DNA of 64,000 nucleotides from Basidiobolus meristosporus CBS 931.73. Lineage: Eukaryota; Fungi; Basidiobolomycota. Made by a program: the position numbers and the translations under genes. The notes under the pieces were generated by a model. It had not been told where the DNA came from. It did no database searches and was given only the letters and a program-made list of their open reading frames with translations. The DNA is taken from assembly GCA_002104905.1 (NCBI GenBank), contig MCFE01000239.1, forward strand, positions 55,624-119,623, in the 5' to 3' direction. Shown here in pieces: positions 55,783-63,789 of the stretch. Each line of letters starts with the position of its first letter. Position 1 is the stretch's first letter.

Positions 55783-56985
55783 CTGTGTACCTATTCAAGA
55801 GCTATTTTGATAAAAATGTACCGATTCTGTAATGTCGAAAAAAGGACGAGGAGAGAAGTGCATGCAAATCCAAAATTATTGATGGAGTGCTGAAACCGAT
55901 TATCTAACATTTATACTTGTGCCAAGATATGTATAGCCTATTACTGGCTATTGCAAATAAAGAAACTTCTCTGGTTTATTTGAGCCATATATCGACTCAC
56001 CCGAAGATGGAAAACGCCCACACAATCAACACCAGCATTAATGGCTAGACGTGGGCATAAGGGCTGCCGGAATTCTATTGGAGCAGGTGAAAGTGGGAGG
56101 AAAGTAGCGCTGAGTAGCCCAGTCTTCTTGCCATTCCCGCAATATTTCATGAGTGCAGTGACCTGGTCGGGCTGAACAGATACGTCGGTAACGTTAAATA
56201 CAGATGATAGGCTTATAGAAGGATAGCATCCCCTGGATGCAGAGTACATTTTCAATATTCTTCATATGACTATATTAAAGACCCCTTAAGGTAATCGAGC
56301 ATTCCAAAACGATTGCACTGTTTTTGCTCAAATATCAACACGTTCACGTTGATGGATATTAGGTTCTGATACGCTATGATCATTTTCCACCAGAAATAAT
56401 AAGTCCACGTGGTGGTAACGACGGTATGGTTCTATCCATCCATCACCGTGCTCGAGGTAGATGAGTAGGTATTGCTTATTATATAATACTTTACAAGGAT
56501 ATAGGTCTCATTGTGGCCAACAATTTAGTTTCTATTTACCAATATGCTTGAAGATTTGAAAACGCTCATTTAGGGAAAGAGGAGGGAAAGTTACCAAGTT
56601 AGTAAACTCTTGAATTTAAATCAATATGGGTCTAAATGCAAGATGACGAAGCCAAGCGCTGCATGGGTAGCTTGCTCAAAAGTAAATAAAAAAATGGCCA
56701 TTTTGGGGAAGCCTATCAGAAAGGTCATCAAGTTTGCCATATGAAAAATATCATACATGGAATTCATATGATATTCTGCTGGTATTCTGACGGTATTTTA
56801 CAGGATTTCAGCTGGTGTTTTTCCTTCAATTTTTGAGCTGTAAATAATAGTGGAAGTAGTAGGTAGCCTATTACCAACTTTGGTATGAAGGTTAAGTAGC
56901 AGGAAAACTAGTGTAATTTATTTGATGCCAGAGTATCCAGAACTGGATTTTTATCATAAATGCTAATAGAGTGGGTAGTTGAAAT

Positions 56986-57670
56986 TGTTGTAAAAAACTT
57001 GCAATTCCACCTAAATATTCACCTACCTTGATCACTTAGATCATTGCCTACAAATCTTAGTGAATACTGACCAAATTCCTTGTTGGGATTTACTTTGAGA
57101 ATTTTCTTGTTCTGGGTACCTGATATTTTGGTGAAAATACTCTAAGTTGTCCAAACTGCCTCAAGCTTTGCAAACATATTCTTGGGACCTTCCTGAGCTG
57201 ATTCTACATGTTTGTAATGCCAAGACCATGTAAATGAATAAGTACTACTTTTCCATTCATAAATCATTAAGTGAAAACCACATAATCTACTTGCACTCCC
57301 AATCACTTTCAATATCTCCAGAACTCTTACATCAGGTTATGAGTTGCAAGCTGTCACTCTCTGCAATGTCTACTACTGCTATTGCTGGAATTTTTCCCTC
57401 TGCTGAAAAGTTGGATGGATCTAACACCAAGTGTGGAAGGTGAAGATAAAGATACTGTAACAAGAAAGAGGCCTTTAGGATATTGTTATTGGAGAAGAGT
57501 GCTCTCCTAAAAACATAAGAGAGGGAGCCTTCAAGTACCAGAAGAAAAAACAAAGTGCCTTTAACTGTGTTTGCCCTAATGTTAGAGACAAATTGCAATT
57601 CAATGCTCTAGAGCAAACACCAACCAATCATGTTTAGCTGCTAAGAAAATGTATCTTGGATGCAAATGCC
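56986..57670 (+). mobile_element. Copia LTR (56986-57334) + PBS GGTTATGAG + start of gag, truncated at 57670
   Basis: Collinear with 18914-19630. It ends abruptly where the telomeric array begins. Confidence 0.85.
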
Positions 57671-58590
57671 TAGGGGAGGGAAAGTAACCAAGGTAGGTGA
57701 AATCTTTATTTGATTTCAGACAAGTCTAACTACAAATAAAGAAGCCAGCTGGGAATAGAAGATTCCCAAAGTAAACACCAAGTTGAATATGAATAAATCT
57801 AAGCTAAAGTTAAATCAGTATCCCAGAGTACACCAGAGCTCAGGTTCATGGGGAGTGAAGTAGATAAGCTTGAGAGATATAATAATCTTTCAGGAAGTGG
57901 GTAACAGCAGGTGAAGGGGAGTTTTTGATAAGTGAAGTGAATCTTGAGAGCAGAGATTCCTCTAATGAGAAGGTCTTGTAAACTGGAGAATCAGGAAACT
58001 CTTTAAAGGCATGGTCAGTAGGTTCCCAGTAAAACTGGTCAGAGACATTTTGAGAGAATTCTTTAGCAATACTTTTGTCAAGTACTACCTCCAGAGTGTG
58101 ATGGCTCATAAATCTCATGTTAACAATCTTGATAAGTTGTAACCTTGTTGCTTGAGATACATCCTATGCTCAGATATAGGAATAAACTCCACATTGGCAA
58201 AGTAGCAGACAACCCAGTCAGTAGCAGGAGGCAAATCAGAGGTGGCAGGAGACTTTCTTTTAGTCTTGGGAGGAGCAGCAGGATGGCTTGCGGAAGCAGG
58301 AACAGACTTTTTGACAGCTCCAGAGTAGGAAGAGTGAGCAGAAGCAGATGCCTTTTGTGGAGTCTTGTTGGCAGGAAGAGTTGGCACAGGGACAATAGAT
58401 TCTTGCAGATCAGAGAAGGCAGACAACAGCTTTTGAACTTGTTTCTTGAGTAGAGCATTTTCAGCTTCAACAAGTACAAGCCTTTCCTCCAGGAAAGAAA
58501 TATGAAGGGAATGGAGTGAAGGCATAAGAAATAAGAAGAAGAGGGTAGGAAAGGGTGGATGGGTAGGAAAATTAGCGGGGAGAAGAGAAG
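57671..58590 (-). mobile_element. Telomeric unit A1: gag/ORF1-only element with its own 3' terminus and pyrimidine-rich 5' leader
   Basis: 3' signature at 57671-57750, ORF 58525-57799, no RT within the unit, bounded by GGTTAGGG at 58591. Confidence 0.75.
57799..58525 (-). pseudogene. ORF1/Gag-like protein of about 242 aa (coiled coil, SYSGAVKK, alpha/beta domain) with two 1-bp deletions relative to copy A2
   Basis: MPSLHSLHISFLEERLVLVEAENALLKKQVQKLL heptads. Both frameshifts are in G-runs (tcttgata vs tcttggata; catgggga vs catggggga), so they may be sequencing errors. Confidence 0.65.
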
Positions 58591-59910
58591 GGTTAGGGTA
58601 GGGGGTAGGGGGGGGGAAACCACTGGTTGGTGTAATCTTTATTGTCAATCATTGTGAAAATAAAGAAGTCAGGGATTGATTCTGGAGTCTTGTAACATAT
58701 TTGTACTGACACTTTGGGCTAATATGTAGATAGGTTGCTATTTCTTGTAGTTCCTCTGCATTGAATAGAGTGTTGAGAGGGAGTGGTGGTAGCACTAGCA
58801 ATAATAACTTATGATCTATGTATTGTGATGTGCTTTTGCCAATTGGTGATATAAAGCAAAGAAATGGGGTTTGCTGATTTACATACTCTTGCCATAGTTG
58901 ATAAAGATACTTGCTATATGCTTCTTTGGGGTTTCTTCTCCCCTCTATTGCTTTGACAAATTGCTGGACTTTTGGGCACCCAATGATACTTGTCCAACAG
59001 GAGTTATTTTGAAGCATCTTGCGTGAAACCCATGCTTGTATCAACTCATTTGTTGATTTTTGGAGTTGAATATGTAGTCTTGTATGGAGGTACAAAATTC
59101 TAATTGAATACAGGAGTAGTCCAAAAGTTGCCAGAACTGTGTGGTGATACTGTGTTGGTGGGAGCCATGGTAATAAAGTATAAATGCTGTGAGAAACAAA
59201 CTTGTCCAGTTTTGTCAGGTATCTTGTTGGAATAGGCATTATTGCCAATCCAAACACCAGTACTGGGAGCACAAACTGCTTGAGTAACAAGTGACATTGG
59301 CTCAAAGATAAATCTGGTGGTGTAACAGAGACTAACTTGTGTAAAGCATGCCATGCAAGTGCTATTTGCCTCCACACATGTGCTTTTACATCCAGACCAG
59401 ATGCAGTAAATGGAAGCCCTAGATAGCTGACAGTTTCTGCTGGGTGCAGAGTTTGAGAGTTCAGCATGATACTGCATCCAACTGGCTTGGTTTTTGCCAT
59501 TGAGAGACTAAGATTGTTTTGTGTAAGGTAGCTGACAATCAGGTCAGAGTCTTTTTTCAAATTACTGGAAGAGATACAAATATCATCTGAGTATAGAGTT
59601 GTAAGTGCAGAGGCTTCCAAGGCAGGAAAGTTGTTCATAAAGATGGCAAATAGTAGAGGGCATAGTACAGATCCCTGCACTACCCCATTTGGAACATCAT
59701 AAGTGGTAGATTGCATATTTGGATGCAAAATGTAGGCCTTTGAGTCCTGATATAAAGCCATGATAAGAGCTGTAATTGAAGGTCCAGCAAAAGCTTCAAG
59801 TTTTCTCCAAAGTAGGTTACGGTCAACTGCATCAAATGCATGGGTAATATCCAAGAGTACTGCTGGAAATTTGTTACAGAGTGTGTGGTCATGGCTTAGC
59901 ATCACAGCCA
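58591..59910 (-). mobile_element. Telomeric unit B: 5'-truncated non-LTR retrotransposon RT (ORF 58649-59911)
   Basis: LDITHAFDAVD, GVVQGSVLCPLLF, LYSDD, KT, YLG are RT domains 3-7 of non-LTR type. The ATG is created at the junction with TTAGG. Confidence 0.92.
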
Positions 59911-60458
59911 TTAGGGGGGAGGGAAAGTCACCAAGGTAGGTGAAATCTTTATTTGATTTCAGACAAGTCTAACTACAAATAAAGAAGCCAGCTGGGAATA
60001 GAAGATTCCCAAAGTAAACACAAAGTTGAAAATAAATAAATCTAAGCTAAAGTTAAGGCAGTATCCCAGAGTACACTGGAGTTCAGGTTCATGGGGGAGT
60101 GAAGTAGATAAGCTTGAGAAATATAATAATCTTTTAAGAAGTGGGTAACAGCAGGAGAAGGGGAGTTTTTGATAAGTGAGGTGAATCTGGAGAGCAGAGA
60201 TTCCTCTAAGGAGAAGGTCTTGTAAACTGGAGAATCAGGAAACTCTTTAAAGGCATGGTCAGTAGGTTCCCAGAAAAACTGGTCAGAGACATTTTGAGAG
60301 AATTGTTTAGCAATACTTTTGTCAAGTACTACCTCTAGAGTGTGATGGTTGATAAATCTCATGTTAACAATCTTGGATAAATTATAACCTTGTTGCTTGA
60401 GATACATCCTATGCTCAGATATGGGAATGAACTCCACATTGGCAAAGTAGCAGACAGC
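59911..60458 (-). mobile_element. Telomeric unit A2: 5'-truncated copy of the ORF1-only element (ORF remnant 60042-60437)
   Basis: Highly similar to 57671-58215, with the same 3' signature. Cut at gcagacagc|ttaggg. Confidence 0.85.
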
Positions 60459-61828
60459 TTAGGGTTAGGGGGGAGACAGTCACCAACAGGTGAAATCTTT
60501 ATTTCAGCTGAAACAAAGAAGCCAGCGCTACTGTGGTAGCTTTGATACAAGAGTGTGTAGCTGAGGGGAATTTGTAGGTAAGTTAATAAGAAGTGATGAT
60601 AGTTCTTCAGTGCTAAACACACTGTTCAGTGGGAAGGGGGGTAGCAAGAGAGGTAAGAATGACTTGTGAACAACATTAATGAGGGGAATGTGATAAGGAT
60701 TGATATTCATCATAAAGGGAGTGTGCTGCTGCAGATATTGTTGCCAAAGGTCTGTCAAGTACTTCAGGTAGGCCAGCTTGGGTTTTTCTGACTGCAGAAT
60801 ATAGTGAGCAAACTTCTTGACTTCAGGATCTCCAAGTATAGTTCTCCTGCAGGAGTCAGGTGTAGTGTGGTGTGTTCTCTTCCAGGCCTTAATCAGTGGG
60901 TTGTTGCAGTTGTGAAGTCTGAGGTATAATCTGGTTCTAAGGTAGAGAAGTCTGATCTTATAGGGCATAAACCCAAAAGCACCAAGAATAGCATGTCTGT
61001 AGGGGCATTCAGGCAAATGAGGCACCAAGGAGGTAATGCACCATACTGCAAACTTGTCAAGCTTAGTGCAGTCTCTAGAAGTAAGAGAGAGAAGTGGTAA
61101 GCCAAATTCCAGGACAGGGAAGACAAACTGCTTGAGTAGAAGGAGGCAGCTGGGAGCTGAAGTGGTAGGAGGAGTAACAGCCAGTAGCTTGTGGAGTGCC
61201 TGTCTTGCCAGGATAATTCTCTTCTTCAGGTGTGCTCCAGAGTCTAGTCCAGTAGGAAGGAAAGGAAAGCCAAGATATGTAGCAGAAACCTGAGCAGGTA
61301 GAGTGGAGTTCTCCAAGTTGATGGGAGAGCCCAAAGGTACTGTCTTTGCAATGGAAAGCTGGAGATTATTCTTCTGCAGATACTGGTGGATGGTCTGGGA
61401 GTCTTGTTGCACATTGGAGGAGGAAGTTCTGATGTCATCAGCAAAGAGAGTAACCAGGCAGTCAGCTGAGAGTCTTGGGAAATCACTCAGGAAGATGGCA
61501 AACAGTATAGGACCAAGCACAGAGCCTTGAACCACTCCATTAGGAACTGAGAACACAGCTGATTGCTCACTTGGGTGCAGAATTCTTGCTTGTGGATCCA
61601 GAAACAGAGACCTGACAAGGAGGGTGAGAGAGATACTGGAGAAGCATTGCAACTTGGACCAAAGCAGATTTCTGTCAACTGAATCAAAGGCCTTAGTAAT
61701 ATCAAACAGAACAGAGGGATACTTGCACTGGAAAGAGTGATCTTGGCTAAGTATGACTGCATATTCCAAGGAGAGGCCAGGAACAAAGCCAAACTGTGCA
61801 GGATGAAACTTGAGGGAGTCAGAGTAGA
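60459..61828 (-). mobile_element. Telomeric unit C1: 5'-truncated non-LTR RT, second family (ORF 60528 to about 61828)
   Basis: QFGFVPGLS, FDITKAFDSVD, GVVQGSVLGPILF, FADD, YLG. RT domains 0-2 are missing and no ATG start lies within the unit. Confidence 0.92.
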
Positions 61829-62358
61829 GGGTTAGGGGGGGGAAAGTCACCAAGTGGTGAAATCTTTATTTACTTATGACAAGTATCTAAAGAAGCCAAG
61901 TTAATCTGAAGTAATTCCTAGAAAGCTAGGTCTGAGAGATATCTTCCTGGTAAGCCAGGTCTGAGAGTTGAGAAGCTGAGTGGTACTATATTTCCTAGTT
62001 AGCTAGGTCCGAGAGAGGTTTCCTGGAAAGCCAGGCCTGAGAAGTGAGAATCTGAATATATCTGAGCTAAGTTATCATGGTTTGCGGTAGCGGAATTGTG
62101 GCCAGAATGGCCAGTAGACTGGGGGAACTGAGATGAATTTCTGGGCGATCACTGGCCAAATTTACTAGGCAAATCTGGCCAATTAGCATTTCAAGGATTT
62201 CAGCCAATCAGAGCCTTTACTTTGCCCGATGGTTGATCAAGCCATCTCCCAATGAGCACACATCAATTTATTAATCAAATTTTGCTGGATCCAGGATTTG
62301 AACCCACATCCATGGGTATGGAAGGGTTAGGGATAACCACAAGGCTAAGTGTTCTTGG
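61829..62358 (-). mobile_element. Telomeric unit D1: non-coding tRNA-derived SINE (about 530 bp), apparently full length
   Basis: Minus-strand head TAGCCTTGTGG (A box) ... GGTTCAAATCC (B box) at tRNA spacing. No ORF. Same 3' signature as the RT units. Confidence 0.8.
62294..62347 (-). promoter_or_regulatory. RNA polymerase III type-2 internal promoter (A box 62337-62347, B box 62294-62304)
   Basis: A box is 10/11 to TRGCNNAGYGG and B box is GGTTCAAATCC. There are 31 nt between TGGT and GGTTC, as in canonical tRNAs. Confidence 0.75.
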
Positions 62359-62427
62359 TTAAGGGTTAGGGTTAGGGGGGAGACAGTCACCAACAGGTGA
62401 AATCTTTATTTCAGTTGAAACAAAGAA
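62359..62427 (-). mobile_element. Telomeric unit C2: about 50-nt 3'-terminal stub of family C
   Basis: Matches the C1/C3 3' end up to aaacaaagaag, then switches to ggttaggggg. Confidence 0.85.
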
Positions 62428-62913
62428 GGGTTAGGGGGAGGAAAGTCACCAAGTGGTGAAATCTTTATTTACTTATGACAAGTATCTAAAGAAGCCAAGT
62501 TAATCTGAAGTAATTCCTAGAAAGCTAGGTCTGAGAGATATCTTCCTGGTAAGCCAGGTCTGAGAGTTGAGAAGCTGAGTGGTACTATATTTCCTAGTTA
62601 GCTAGGTCTGAGAGAGGTTTCCTGGAAAGCCAGGCCTGAGAAGTGAGAATCTGAGTATATCTGAGGTGAGTTGTACTGATTTGCGGTAGCTTGTTTGTGG
62701 CCAGAATGGCCAGTAGACTGGGGGAACTGAGGGGTATTTCTGGGCGATCACTGGCCAAATTTACTAGGCAAATTTGACCAATTAGCATTTCAAGGATTTC
62801 AGCCAATCAGAGCCTTTACTTTGCCCGATGGTTGATCAATTTATTGATCAAATTTTGTTGGATCCATGATTTGAACCCACAACCATGGGTATGGAAGGGT
62901 TAGGGATAACCAC
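62428..62913 (-). mobile_element. Telomeric unit D2: second SINE copy, 5'-truncated inside the A box
   Basis: Collinear with D1, with a short internal deletion and a decayed B box (GGTTCAAATCA). Ends at ataaccac|ttaggg. Confidence 0.85.
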
Positions 62914-63789
62914 TTAGGGGGGGAGACAGTCACCAACAGGTGAAATCTTTATTTCAGTTGAAACAAAGAAGCCAGCGCTACTGTTGTAGCTTTGATACAA
63001 GAGTGTGTAGCTGAGGGGAATTTGTAGGTAAGTTAATAAGAAGTGATGATAGTTCTTCAGTGCTCAAGACACTGTTCAGTGGGAAGGGGGGTAGCAAGAG
63101 AGGTAAGAATGACTTGTGAACAACATTAATGAGGGGAATGTGATAAGGATTGATATTCATCATAAAGGGAGTGTGCTGCTGCAGATATTGCTGCCAAAGG
63201 TCTGTCAAGTACTTCAGGTAGGCCAGCTTGGGTTTTTCTGACTGCAGAATATAGTGAGCAAACTTCTTGACTTCAGGATCTCCAAGTATAGTTCTCCAGC
63301 AGGAGTCAGGTGTAGTGTGGTGTGTTCTCTTCCAGGCCTTAATCAGTGGGTTGTTGCAGTTGTGAAGTCTGAGGTATAATCTGGTTCTAAGGTAGAGAAG
63401 TCTGATCTTATAGGGCATAAACCCAAAAGCACCAAGAATAGCATGTCTGTAGGGGCATTCAGGCAAATGAGGCACCAAGGAGGTAATGCACCATACTGCA
63501 AACTTGTCAAGCTTAGTGCAGTCTCTAGAAGTAAGAGAGAGAAGTGGTAAGCCAAATTCCAGGACAGGGAAGACAAACTGCTTGAGTAGAAGGAGGCAGC
63601 TGGGAGCTGAAGTTGTAGGAGGAGTAACAGCCAGTAGCTTGTGGAGTGCCTGTCTTGCCAGGATAATTCTCTTCTTCAGGTGTGCTCCAGAGTCTAGTCC
63701 AGTAGGAAGGAAAGGAAAGCCAAGATATGTAGCAGAAACCTGAGCAGGTAGAGTGGAGTTCTCCAAGTTGATGGAGAGCCCAAAGGTAC
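62914..63789 (-). mobile_element. Telomeric unit C3: terminal 5'-truncated family C copy (ORF remnant 62978-63766)
   Basis: Nearly identical to 60459-61340. Truncated at ggtac|ttaggg, where the telomere starts. Confidence 0.92.

Noticed and set aside
58649-61853. Penelope-like (Athena/Coprina) or TERT identity of the RT
   Set aside because: QFGF, D..KAFD.V, G..QGS.L.P.LF and (Y/F)xDD are non-LTR-type motifs, not PLE or TERT signatures.
61829-61853. ORF-track starts MVTFPPLTL (61853) and MAVML (59911) as true RT starts
   Set aside because: Both are formed by junction sequence from the neighbouring unit or telomeric repeat. RT domains 0-2 are missing, so these copies are truncated.
62280-62358. 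Functional tRNA gene
   Set aside because: Acceptor, D and anticodon stems do not pair and no T-run terminator follows. It is treated as a SINE head.
57671-62960. Hammerhead ribozyme at the shared termini (as in Penelope/Terminon LTRs)
   Set aside because: A stem followed by GAAA exists on the + strand, but I found no CUGANGA core at the right place on either strand.
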